A stretch of DNA of 64,000 nucleotides from assembly GCA_958009085.1 (NCBI GenBank), contig OY253677.1:434001-498000 (forward strand), written 5' to 3'. This stretch comes from Protoeuglena noctilucae (taxonomy: Eukaryota). The notes under the pieces are model-generated. The model was not told where the DNA came from and ran no database searches. It saw nothing but the letters and a program-made list of their open reading frames with translations. Positions within the stretch are counted from its first letter, which is position 1; each line of letters starts with the position of its first letter. Position numbers and translations under genes: made by a program. Shown in pieces: positions 1 through 11,497 of the stretch.

Positions 1-3000
1 GATGAGACGCAGGACGGGTTCCCGCCGGCCCGGGTGCCTCGCAGCGACGCCGCTGCCCAGGACGGCAAGGGTCAGAAGGGGAGGGGGGGAACCAAGGCGA
101 GTCCTGGATGCATGGGGCATCAGAGCAAGGGCCAGAGGGGGTATGCAAAGCAAGCCTACCTGTATTTTGCAAACCTAGGACACCCTTGTACCTCAGCGTT
201 CCCGTTGCTGTCCCATGGTGGTGGTGGCCAGTGACATACCACCCTCACGCTGTACCACACCGTCGCTCGCTTCCAGGCCCCCAGCGCAGCCCCAGCGGGT
301 GCCGGTCCAAGCCGCGCTGTTCACGCGGATCACGACGATGCTGGGCACGACTCTGAGGCGGACGTGGACATGGATGGCGGCACGGACGCTGGCCCAGAGA
401 CGGACGATGACGTGGACGACGTCGGCAGGACGCACGGCGGCAACGGTGGCATTGGGGCAGGCGGTGGCGCGGGGGAGGGCCGCGCGGGTGTGCTGCGGGG
501 TCGGCCGGCCAAGGGACCTGTGCTGGGTGCCAATGTCCAGGCCCGACAGCGGTGAGTCAGCCGCTGCATGGCATGCAGGGTCAATGGGGATGTTGAGCTA
601 TGATGGCTGGGCTGGAGGCAAGCTTATTGGCTGTCGATGCACAGTCACTCTCGTGCCCGTTCATGCGGTGGCAGGAGACACAGCTGCACATGCTGCACCC
701 CACCACCGATCGTCACCACCCTCGGTCCCCCGTGCTTGGCAGGAGGGGCAAGCAGTCCCGTCTGCAGGCCCTGGCACCCAAGGATCCACCCAAGGCCTCA
801 GATAAGGCCCCTTCTAAGGCATCCCAGCGAGCCCCGACTGCCGCTAAGGGCCACAAGGCAGGCGCTTCCCCCACGAAGGCTACACGCGCCCAGCCCGCTC
901 CCTCCAAGCCCGCCCCAGCCAAGGCCGCTGAGGTGTCGATGGGACACGAGGATGACCCCTACTACGCAGATGGAGACGACGCCTATGCACTGGAGACGAC
1001 GCAGGCAAGGGATGGGATGGGACGGGTAGCTGGGCATAGGTGCAGACATCACGCACGCAGGCAAGCCATACGTGACATGCTGCGTGTGACATTGACGTTG
1101 GGTGTCAAGACAGGAGCTAGTTGCATTGGTTTGTTGTAACTTTTACCCTGTCGCAGTAGCACTCTGCTCCCAATGGTCGGCCACCATTCCATGTCGGACA
1201 AGAGCACCGTGGCCCCACCAACCCCCTCCCCTGCTTCCCTTCCCCCCAGCCTTCCCAGGACGCCGTCCCCGCAACGGTTCCCGTCCGCTCCCAGCGTGCC
1301 GCTGCCAAAAAGGCTGCTGAGAAAATCAAAGAGGCCGCGTCACCCGCCTCACAGAAGGGTACCAGCCCCAAGACACCCGCAGCGATTGAGGGCGCAGGGC
1401 ACGCCGGGAAGGGCGGGGCAGCGGCGGTGGGGCGCGCGCCGGGCGGCAAGGGGCGGGGCGGTGGTGCGAAGGGGGTGCGGTCACCGAGGGGTGCCAAGGC
1501 GGGGGCGGGTGCGGGTGCTGTGGCGGTGACGCCGGTGGCTGAGGGCGGCAGGCACCGCTCTGCTTTCCACGGCGCTCTGTTCCCCGGCGATGGCGTGAGG
1601 GGCGGGGCGCCGGAGGTGCCCGGGCGCGGGCCGGAGGTGCCTGTGTTTGAGAGCGCCAGGAAGGCGGCGAAGCGACAGGAGGCGGCAGGTGAGGGGATGG
1701 ATGGGGTGGGGAATGGGTGAAGTGTGGGATGACTGTGACTGTGCTAAGGGGTCGTTGAGTGGGTGGGGGGTGTTGAGGTGTTGTGGCGCTGGTATGACTG
1801 ATGCACTGTGCTGCCGTCACCCCAACACCGAGATGCACACGGCTGTCACCTTGCTGCACTCTCATGTACGTCCTGTGCGAGTCACCGGTGGCCCTTCGTT
1901 GCCCTTGCAGCCAAGTCGGCCCGCCCAGAGGTTCCCCACCCCAAGGGCCGCACCGCAGCGGCGGACGGCCTGGGTGACTACGGCGGGGCTGCTGATCAGT
2001 TCCTGGCAGATGTGGCGGAGGAGAGGGCCCGCAGCACGTTTGGCAAGGCGCAGCACGTTGCCGGGAGGGGCGCGGCGGAGGAGGGGCGACCCAAGCGACT
2101 CGCGGCGCTGGGTGGGGAGGGCCTTGGGGCATCGGCGGCTGGGCTGGGTCGCCCCGCAGCATCGCCCCTGGAGGGCCGCGGGGTGACGGACAAGACGCCT
2201 GCGACGGTGAGGGTCATTAACCAATGGAACTGGGACCTGCGTGCTGGGCGCTTCGTATCACACCCCTGCCCTTCTCCTCGTCGCATCGCATGACACACTC
2301 ACACTCACACGCACACTCACCCTCGTCTCTCCACTCCCCTTCAGCTGGGCAAGCGCAAGACGCCTGCGACGGAGCAGCTGACGGGTCCAGTGGCGGAGGG
2401 CGAGCCTCGCAAGAAACGCGCCACTCACGCGCTGCTGAGGGACGAGGGCGGCGCTGGGGAGAGGAGGGCCGAGGGAGGGGGAGGGACCGTGGAGGTGAGG
2501 TGGGGGTGGGGTGGGCGAGGGGGGATGAGGGGGATTGTGTAGGTGAGAGGATGCGGGGTGAAGGAAGGCGAGGGTAGGGGAGGGGCAGTGTGGGGGTGAG
2601 ACGCCCATCACTTCACCTTCCCTGCTTAGCCACAGTGAAATAAGTCTCTCTATATGCCCATCCATCACCCCACCTCCCCTTTCCTTCCACAGTGGGAGGA
2701 TGCCCTGGGCCGCCTCTTTGACGACGCGGCGGGTGGGGTGGCAATGGCAGCGGACACCAATGCTGCCACGGGTGCCGGGGCTGGCATGGACACGCGACGA
2801 TCGACGCTGTCTCCTCAGATGGCCCCGTCCCTGGGCGGCGACGCGACCCCGGCGCTGCTGGGGGAGAGCCCGGGGGTCGTCACGGACATCGGTGAGGGAC
2901 GCGCTGAGGGCTGATGAGGACTGATGACGATGCAGGGGCTGGGTGGATGAATGCATGAATGTGTGACTGTATATGTATGTGCATGTGTACGTTTTGTCTT

Positions 3001-4844
3001 TCCGTTAGGGTCTAGCACAGCCATGAGTGGTGCTGCGACCTTCGTCGCGATTGGTCCTCATCTCTCATGGCTCATCACTGCTGGTCGCGAATGGACTCTC
3101 TTCCTTTGCTCTCTGCAGATATCAGCCCCACATCTGATGCTCTGGGGGGACTCGACTTGGACCTCTCCTTCAACCCCATGCGCACCACTGCCACGCGCAC
3201 CGCACCCATGCCACATGCACGCGCGGCCCCCAAGGCAGCCAAGACCGCCGGCAAGCGCCAGGTGAGGGCTGACGGCTGTTGAGAAGTCACTGCGAGTGGC
3301 ACAGCATGTGACACGGCATGCGTGGTGACTGAGTGGCATCGTGGCTGAGTGACAAGCCATGCACAGTGGCTGTGCCCCACGGCATGCATGGTAGCTGCCA
3401 GCGCAATGTGAGGTTGCCAACTCGATCTCAATGTCGATTTCATGTGCACTACACTGTGCCTGGCTGATCACTGCAGGCAGGTGGTGGTCGCGGTGGCGTC
3501 AGCCGTGGGCGTGCGGTGTCCCCCAGCCGCGGTGGTGAAGAGGAGGAGCCGGGCCTGCAGGAGATTCTGGCAGCGGTGGGGTCATTGGGGGACGACGTGG
3601 ACGACGAGGGGGCCAGGAGCCTGCAGGAGGTGGGGGGTTGGACTGAAGGGTGGGGGGTGGCGATGCGATGTGTGGGGGAAGGTGTGGGTGGGTGGACGGC
3701 TTGCAGGTTCGTGACTAAGACCAAATTCCCCATATTCAAACGCGGTGCAATGATTAACTGTGTCGTGTCGTGCGTCGCAGGCCATGGCGGCGCTGGTGCG
3801 GGCGTGGCAGCAGAAGGCACGCAAGGCGCGGCTGCACATCATGGACGAAGTGGAGGTGAGGGTGATGATGGGGAGAGTGATGATGAGAGAGATGGGTGCC
3901 GGGCCAAGTCACTATTACTGCCCTAGCGATCATCAGTGCCTAGTACTACTACCACTGACATGACGGTCATCACTAGCTCGACTCGATTGATGACTATCAC
4001 CGCCCCTCTCTCGCAGTCTGCCCTGGCGGAGGGTCAGCGTCGGCTGTGCGCAGAGATCGCCGCTGCTCAGAAGAAGGACGCCGGTAGCATCGCCGGCAAA
4101 GCAGGGGCACTGCAGAAGGCACTCGCAGCACGCGCCAAGTGAGAGCACGAGCGTAGATGGCGTGTTGGCTTGCCCCGGATGCACAACATATGTGAGATAC
4201 AGTAAGCGAGGCCGGTGTCACATTGTGCGTTGGCCCATGAGATCAGACACCGTGCACCGCCCGCACATGACCCAACACGTTCCCCTCCCCACCACACTCC
4301 ACTCACACATGCGCATTCCACCCACCCATGACCCCTCTCCTCGTGTCCCTCCCAGGGCCATGGATGACGAGCAGTCGGCATTCCAGTCACGGATGCAGTA
4401 GCTGTGGGACGACTACGTCACTGCGTACAAGGATGGCGTGCAGGGCATCAAGAGGGAGGCGCAGGCACTGCAGACCAGGAGGGCGGCGGCGAACAAGGTG
4501 AGGGCTGCGGGTGTGGGGGTGTGGGTGATACCGATGAGATGAGGGTGGCTGCCAAGTAAGGGAAAGGCATGGGGTCTGAAGTTGTGGGTGTAGGAATTGT
4601 GGGTGTTGAGAGAGATGAGAGCTGCTTGCCGCATTCTATTGTAACGCGTTGCTCTACACACAGCCTCAGTTATCAATCTTACACTGAATATTGCCACTCC
4701 TCATCATCGCAGCGCAAGGTGGACGATTTCCGTCGATCTGTGGAGGAGATGGTGGGTGCAGCGGAGAGGCGACTGGCGGAGGCGTCGAGGAGGCGGCCGG
4801 CTAAGGAAGCACTGGTGGGGCTGATGAGGATGATGCAGGAGTGA
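1..4844 (+). CDS. Low-complexity protein with C-terminal coiled coil, candidate ASY3/PAIR3-like meiotic axis protein; 5' end outside window or unresolved; one in-frame TAG at 4399-4401
   Basis: Phase-compatible exon chain: ...-1004 (GC donor), 1250-1688, 1911-2206, 2345-2494, 2693-2891, 3119-3261, 3477-3629, 3781-3855, 4017-4138, 4356-4497, 4713-4844 (TGA). The C-terminus DEGARSLQEAMAALVRAWQQKARK...RKVDDFRRSVEEMVGAAERRLAEASRRRPAKEALVGLMRMMQE resembles the plant ASY3 C-terminal coiled coil by eye. Gene structure is well supported; the identity is inference. Confidence 0.55.
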
Positions 4845-5140
4845 TGGTGGGGATGGGGTGGCAGTAGGGGTGGTGAGGATGATGCAGGAGTGATGGTGGG
4901 GATGGGGTGGCAGTAGGGGTGGTGAGGATGATGCAGGAGTAATGGTGGAGATGCTGGTAGTGGGGCTGATGAGGATGGTGCAGGAGTGATGGTGGGGTGG
5001 TGGTAGTGGGGCTGATGAGATGGTGCAGGAGTGATGGTGGGGTGGTGGTAGTGGGGCTGATGAGGATGGTGCAGGAGTGATGGTGGGGTGGTGGTAGTGG
5101 GGCTGATGAGGATGGTGCAGGAGTAATGGTGGGGTGGTGA
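4816..5140 (+). repeat. Minisatellite (about 48-51 bp unit, about 7 copies) containing the last codons and stop of the upstream gene
   Basis: Recurrent gctgatgaggatg(a/g)tgcaggagt(g/a)atggtgggg unit; the first copy is the coding end LMRMMQE*. Confidence 0.9.
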
Positions 5141-5837
5141 GGGTGGTTGGCGCAAGAAGTGGTGGTGGGCTGGTGAGGCGAATGCAGGATGGAAGAGGGG
5201 AGTGGGAATGGTGGGGATGATGCACGGGTGAAGGGATAGAACGAAGGAGAATTAACAAAGCAAATGGCTGGGAAAGTGGGGATGTGACGCATGGGCAAGT
5301 TGGGGGTCATGAGAGGGCTGGCGGGTGTGGTGGCGGTGCATGCTCGGAGGGCGTGGGCGAGGGAGAGGAGAGCTGAGATGGGCGGAGGACTGGTAGAGAG
5401 GACGCGGGTGGGAGATTGGTGGACCGATGGGGGAGTGCGAGCGGCTTGCAAGGGTCTGTTGTCGACACCCGCTTACGTGCCGGGGAGTGGGAGGTTCAGG
5501 CTGAGGTTGCCCAAACTTGGGTTGCCCCGAATGTGCATGCCTCGACTGGGCTAGCAGCCCAAGCAGGACTGGGCATTGCGTGCGCCCATCAGCAGCGGCC
5601 GATGAGAGCTGGCATCGTTGGGATTGAATGACGCAGAGACGCCGCCATGGCACGGAATGAGACGGCGTTGTGTGCAGTCCGTTCTTAAAGTGGCTAGTGC
5701 TGATAGTCTGAGCCGTGACGGCGACCGCGACGGCCATATCTACGCCTGTCTTTGCCACGAACCCCATTCCGCAAAACCCATCCCTCCCACCAACCGCACA
5801 CAACAGTCTCGACCCAGTCATCCACCATCTCCCCCCA

Positions 5838-8205
5838 TCACTGCCCCTCGTCCTCCGCCTTCTGTGACTGCCAAACATCCAACCCAAGCAACGCCGAGAC
5901 CTCGTCGCCAACGATAGCACAGACAATCGCACCCCCCACGTCGCTGGCAATCCCAAGCACAAAGATAGTCCTGGGGACCCAGCTGTAAGGTATCAGGGGC
6001 AGGGCTGCGGTGAGGATCGCTGCTGACACGCACGGGGCGACTGCGGGTGGGGAGAGGGAGGGAACGGTGGCCCAACTGCAGTGGGTGCGGCACAGGCAAA
6101 CACCAGCCGAGTAGTTGGGCAGCCCAAAGCATGCCGCCACCAGCGCGCCACCATGCTCGCCGCCGCCCGCCCCTCACCCGCCACCCGCATGCCCGCCTGC
6201 ACAAAGCTGTTTGCCAGAAACTGCCAGTTCCCGGGGACCTTGGACTTGGGCGGCAGCACAGGCACCCCGTCCTCATCCACCTCCAGCTCCCGCACCCCCT
6301 GCCACCCGGCCAGCGCCCGCACATGCCGCACCACATCCACCCCCAGCATCAGCCCGGCGTCAACCACCGCGTAACCCCCGGCCTGCCGCCACACCGTGCG
6401 CGCCGCCTTTGCCGTACAGTCCACATATCGCGCGCGCCCGGTCGCCACCTCCAACGCCCGCCCGACCTTGCGCTGCAGGGACTCGCCCAGCTCCTTGCAC
6501 AGCTTCCAGCTCCACCGGCGCCCCTCGACGCGGTCCACCCACTTGTACAACCCCGTGCTGGCAACCACCCGCGCGACCGTGTAGCCTGCGGTGGGGGTTT
6601 GGGGGTGGCAGTGGCTGGTAGTGGCTGGCACTGATAGAGCGGGAGGGCCGCAGACTTTGGATGCTGCGTGTGACTCGAGCAGTGCCCCAGTCCCCCTGCG
6701 TGGCTGGCTGTCCCATGTCCCATGCCTCACCGACGGACAGGCATGCGTGCATCGTGGCTATCAGTCCCATGCCTCACCTACGGACAGGCCTGTCTGCTGG
6801 AACACGCCGAGCCAGGGGATGGGGTCCGGGGGTGGGTTGTTCTCTGGATCCTCGTCAAAGGCGTCGCTCTGCCTGACGAACCTAATCAGGTGCCTGTGCA
6901 GGGCCATCAAGAAAGAGCCACCTGTAAGGGAGGGGCGGGTAACATGGTTGCTGTGGATGAAATGAGAGTGGAGTTGCAGCAGGGAGGCGGGGGCGGCGTC
7001 AATTGGCAGAAAGGATTTTTGTGTTTCCGGGGGGTCACTGGGGAAGCGTGGGTGTGGGGATGTAACACGGCATGGGGCGGCCAAGAGGTCGGGAACGGTG
7101 GCGACAAACGTGGCAAGGTGGCGCCGCCCACCGATGGAGAGGAGGAAGGGCCATGACAGGATCCGCTCGATTCCCCTAATGATGTACTTGTGATGCTTGT
7201 ATGTCAGGTTCTCGCTCGCAAGGATCGTGAGGTCCAGGAATTTAATGCCGGAAGCCCTGCGAGGGCGGTGGGGGGCGACAGGGCTGGGAGGGGAGAGGGG
7301 CCAGGTGCAGCAAGAAGCAGGGGGGCTGAGCGGAGGGGCAGGTGGGAGGTCTGGGAGAGCGCTGGGAGGGCGGCGCTGGTCACAGGGCACGAGCACCACG
7401 CGGGCCCTAAACTAAGCCAGAACCAAACGGACGAGAAGATGTTAAGCGAGGGTACTGTTGTGCTGTGCTGAAAGAGTGTAATGACACGGCTGGCGGGCCC
7501 CTGTTCGCTCGAGTTTACGCATGCTGCCCTCTCTCACCCCATCGGCGGCCTCTTGGGGCGCGCCAGGGCCATCAGCACGCACCTGAGTATGGAAGTAATG
7601 TATTCCAGCATCTCGTGTACCCAGTCGTGACCCGTGAGGGTGTCGGCAAGCGCAGGGGGCATCGCGAGCGCTCGAAGATAAGCGGCCACGTCTTGGGAGC
7701 CGAGCGTCCTGGTGCCCGCGGGCGCAGTGGCGATAAACACCTTCACCGCTCCCGGCCATGATGACCTTGCATATCCACTGCGAGGAACACACACGCGGGA
7801 AGCGTTCCCGCTCGCGCGCGGGGAGGGCGGGCTCCCACGCCCCGCCTGCCGAGGGACCCCGCCCTGGGCGCGGCTCGCGGGCCTTGAAGCCCACGTGCCA
7901 TAAGCAAGACAACGAAAGAAGAGTGAATCGCAACGGCGAGAGTCTCGTCACAAAGCCGGCAGCGGCGCGGCGGGCAGCCCTCACGACCCCGCCCCCTTCC
8001 CCGCCATCGCGAGCGCGGACGATGCCGGGCTGCCGAGGCTCGCAGAGCGGAGGATGGCCCCAAGGGACTGGGCCATCCCCGCCACCGCCATCGCGCTCCG
8101 CTCCCAGGCTACGCGCAGGCAGCGCGGTCACAGAACCAGTGTATGGGTTCAGAGCCAATCGCACGCGGTATCAGCTACGTCTTGATGACTTTGTGCTTGG
8201 ACATG
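5838..8205 (-). CDS. Multi-exon hypothetical protein with a hydrophobic C-terminal segment; 5' exons uncertain
   Basis: Coding-like exon blocks at ~7540-7775 (VKVFIATAP...EMLEYITSIL), ~7070-7255 (IKFLDLTILASENLTY...), ~6780-6921 (GSFLMALHRHLIRF...PPPDPIPWLG), ~6145-6585 (YTVARVVASTGLYKW...SWKLCKELGESLQRK) and 5838-5983 (WVPRTIFVLGIASDVGGAIVCAIVG...*). Not all junction phases were resolved. Confidence 0.5.
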
Positions 8206-8517
8206 TGTGCTGGATAGTGCCATATGTTTGCCAAAGACCGGCAGGACGCCCCAAACCACAAAGCTGACACGACGTTCCTGCTGAGCGCAGAGCCCTGGCG
8301 CATCATGATAAAGATCGTGAGTCTTTCTTGTGTCGCATGAGGACTGTGCTTGCTGCATTTAGGGTGCTGCACGAGTCGGGGCTCGAGAAACGGCCTGCCT
8401 GCGCCCCACAGGGCACAACTGGGTACCAATCCTTGAACGTCGCCCGCGGCTGGAGACCAGAGTGCGCACCCATCATGACACAGCGGCGACACTATGAGAA
8501 AATCGATTGCCTGCCAG

Positions 8518-9547
8518 TTACATGCCCTTGGTCCCCTCCACGATCTCTTCCATCGAGATGGCCTGCTCCTTCCCCGCAAAGTCGTTGTCCTCCGTCAGGA
8601 AGAGCATGCAGTGGCACTCCTTCCTCTCGCGCATGGGCACGCACGGGCAGTTCCAGAAACCCTGCTTCGCCTCCGCCTCCTTGTCGTCGTAGTGCCGACA
8701 CGGGCACAGGGGCGCGCCCAGCGTGTCCTGCAAGGGCGAGCCGGAGCCGTCTCCTGCCACCAGCCGTCGCCCGGCGGCCTCCCCGGGGCGCGCGTGCGTG
8801 CGCATGCCCGCCTCGTTGGCCCGGGACACAACCAAGTCCGCCCCGCCCACCTTGTGCTCTGCGAGGCCGCAGATGACCACCGCCGTCACCGACTTGTCCA
8901 CGCAAAAGTACGTCCCGCTGCCCTTGGCGTACTGCTCCGAGAACTTCCTCATCACCTGCAACGGAGGGGCGGGGCAGCGGGCCTCGATGGGGCGCGCAGG
9001 GCCGGCGAAACGCTCGGACGCACAGCCTCGCGGATGCGAGCCCGTGGGCGCGCCGGGGGCGCCCATCGGCCGGCGCACGGAGATGCTGACGGCGGCAACG
9101 ATGCTAGATCACGATGCGCGAGAAAGCCACGTGAGAGAGCGGGCGGATCGAGCACCGCGGGCAAAGGTAGGGTCGACTCGATGGGCGCCCCGAAACCAAG
9201 CGTATGGAACACGCGGGCGTGTCGCAGGAGGCGCGCGAGGACGCATACAACGAATCGCGTCGAAGGTGAGGAAGGCACGCGGCGAGACGAATGGGAGGCG
9301 TCGATTTGCGAAAACCGTTTCCCGAAACCGCTCTCCCGGCGCCGATGGGCCGAGAACCAGGCTGGCCAATGCATCGCCGGCTTGTAAAGCGCCAACCGTC
9401 CGCATCGGGAGCTCCGGAGGGACGGGACGGCCTCCTCACTTCAATGTTCTTGCTGCTGGGCTCCGCCTGTGCCACCGTGCCCTCCCTCCGCGCGGCCCCG
9501 ACCCTCGCGCCCATCGCAAGGCGGGGCCGGTACGCCAGGGACGCCAT
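8518..9547 (-). CDS. FTRC: Ferredoxin-thioredoxin reductase catalytic (beta) chain, chloroplast precursor, 140 aa
   Basis: Exons 9547-9440 (transit peptide, ...AEPSSKNIE), 8955-8851 (VMRKFSEQYA...GLAEHK), 8727-8518. CPC, CPC and CHC signature in LGAPLCPCRHY...WNCPCVPMRERKECHCMLF; TAA stop. Confidence 0.97.
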
Positions 9548-9970
9548 CGTCCTGCGCCTGGGCCAGGACTTGAGCACGCGACGCCTGTGCTGGGAGACCG
9601 GCGCGATGGGCGAGCTTGGCGCTGCCGATGGGACGTGTCGTCAGTGAGGAGCGAGGAAATAGGCGAGAGAGGGGCCCCGCGGTGGCAATTGGGCGGCGAC
9701 AGCAGATCTGGCGTGGCGAGCGCGCCAGCGGCAGCGCCTGCTGTGTGCGAAGGAAGCGGCATCCGGGCACCCACTCCTCTGGCTGTCATCGCTTGCTTGC
9801 GCTTGCACCAATCCCTGCCTCTAGCGCGCCCTCGCTTGCGGCCGGGCTCACTCTCCTGCACACCGCCACCGGGCGTGGACGAGGAGTTGCTGGCCTGGCA
9901 GGCGCGCGAGTAGGGAGGAGGACCTGCCCGGCCACGGGGGTGACCGGGCCGTGGCGGGCCAGGAACGGCC

Positions 9971-10784
9971 ATGACCTCGCTGCGCCGGATGACGTGCAAC
10001 GACCTCTTTACGTTCAATGAGGTCAACCTCGACGTCCTGACTGAGACGTATCACATGCCATTTTACCAGCAATACCTCGCCACGTGGCCAGAGTACTGGT
10101 GCGGCCTGCACCCGCGCGAGGGTGGCGGGCTTCGTGGGGAAGTGGACGGGCCGCCGAACCACGCCCCAAAGCCACCTTTCCCCGCCCGCGCAGCGTCCTC
10201 GCGGAGGGGCCGGGCTCCCGGACGATGGGCTATGTGCTCGGCAAGGTGGAGGGCCGGGGGACCAATTGGCACGGGTGATTGCGAGTGCAGACCAGCTCCG
10301 GGCAGTAATGGGGCCGGGCCCTCGGCTGCCTCCTGCGACGCGCCGCGTCCTCCGCGCGCAGGCACGTGACGGCGGTGACCGTGGCGCCGTCGTTCCGCCG
10401 GATGCGGCTGGCAGAGAAGCTGATGGCCCTGCTGGAGGACGTGTCGGAAAAGGCGAGGTCGCAATCTGCAATACTACTTTGCAGTAGCATTCCTTTGGGC
10501 TCACAGTGCTCACAGTGCTTACCTTCATCCCGACGGAAACCGCGCTCCTCGTTACGCAGATGCACGATGCCTACTTCGTGGACCTCTTCGTCCGCGTGTC
10601 CAACACGGTGGCCATCGACATGTACAGGAAGTTCGGGTACGTGGTGTACCGCCGCGTGTTGGGCTATTACAGCGGAGATGAGGACGCCTTCGACATGCGC
10701 AAGGCTCTGCCGCGGGACGTCGACCGGCGCAGCGTCGTGCCACTCGAGCGCGCGGTGCGCCCGCATGAGCTCGAATTCGATTGA
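9971..10784 (+). CDS. NAA20: N-terminal acetyltransferase B catalytic subunit (NatB, GNAT fold)
   Basis: Exons 9971-10098, 10194-10274, 10362-10452 (GC donor), 10560-10784. Motifs VNLDVLTETY, MGYVLGKVEG, WHGHVTAVTVAP, YFVDLFVRVSN, EDAFDMRKAL. Confidence 0.97.
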
Positions 10785-11497
10785 ATTCGACACATGCAGC
10801 GTCGCACGTGGTGTTTACAACCGAGGAGCGCGTTCGTTTTGTTGGGCCTATCGACTTATTGAGAGAAGGGAGTATCGTGCTGCGTGCCACACCGAGCTCG
10901 GTGCTGTGGCCGCCGTTCAAGCGGCGGCCGCCAGTCACCCTGCAATGCTGGCAATGGTGCAGTGACAGGATGTGCAGCCGTCACATCTCTGGAGATATGA
11001 CCCCTCACAACTGGCAGGGTAGGTAGCGCCCCCACGCGCTATTCCGCGACCCGTCGTCGCGGCCAACGCGCATCCTGCGACTTCGAAGCTTAGTGCAGTC
11101 GCAAGCGAGCGGCATCGGTGGAGGATTCCCCGCGCCGTGGCCAATCGGGTCGAGTTGCCTTTGCCCGGCCGGCGGGGCTCCGTTTTGAGCTCGAGGAAGA
11201 GATATACAGGATCATCGCTTTCCTGATTTTGTAATTAACCCCTTGTCGAGCGAAGCGAGGGGCCAAAAGGTCTTGTGGGTGAGTGCGGACCGAAACGGCC
11301 CCACGCACTCCTGGCCGACGCTGCGCCTCCCGGACTCACGCCGTGGGCATATAGTCAAACTGTCTTCGTCTTTGTGACGTCTGCGTTAGGGGAATACTCT
11401 CACATCGCAAAGCGGGTGGCCATTTCTCCCCGCCTGCGCTTCCCTCAGGAGGCACGGAGCGCTTCGCTGACGCAGCGCCGACCACTCGCCAGCCGGG

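Noticed and set aside
1151..1160. Second in-frame TAG at an apparent acceptor (tcgcag|tag)
   Set aside because: A better acceptor with a pyrimidine tract at 1249 keeps the frame, so this TAG is intronic.
4816..5140. CRISPR array, or His/Pro-rich minus-strand proteins
   Set aside because: Degenerate tandem units with no unique spacers, no cas genes and a eukaryotic context; the ORFs are repeat translations.
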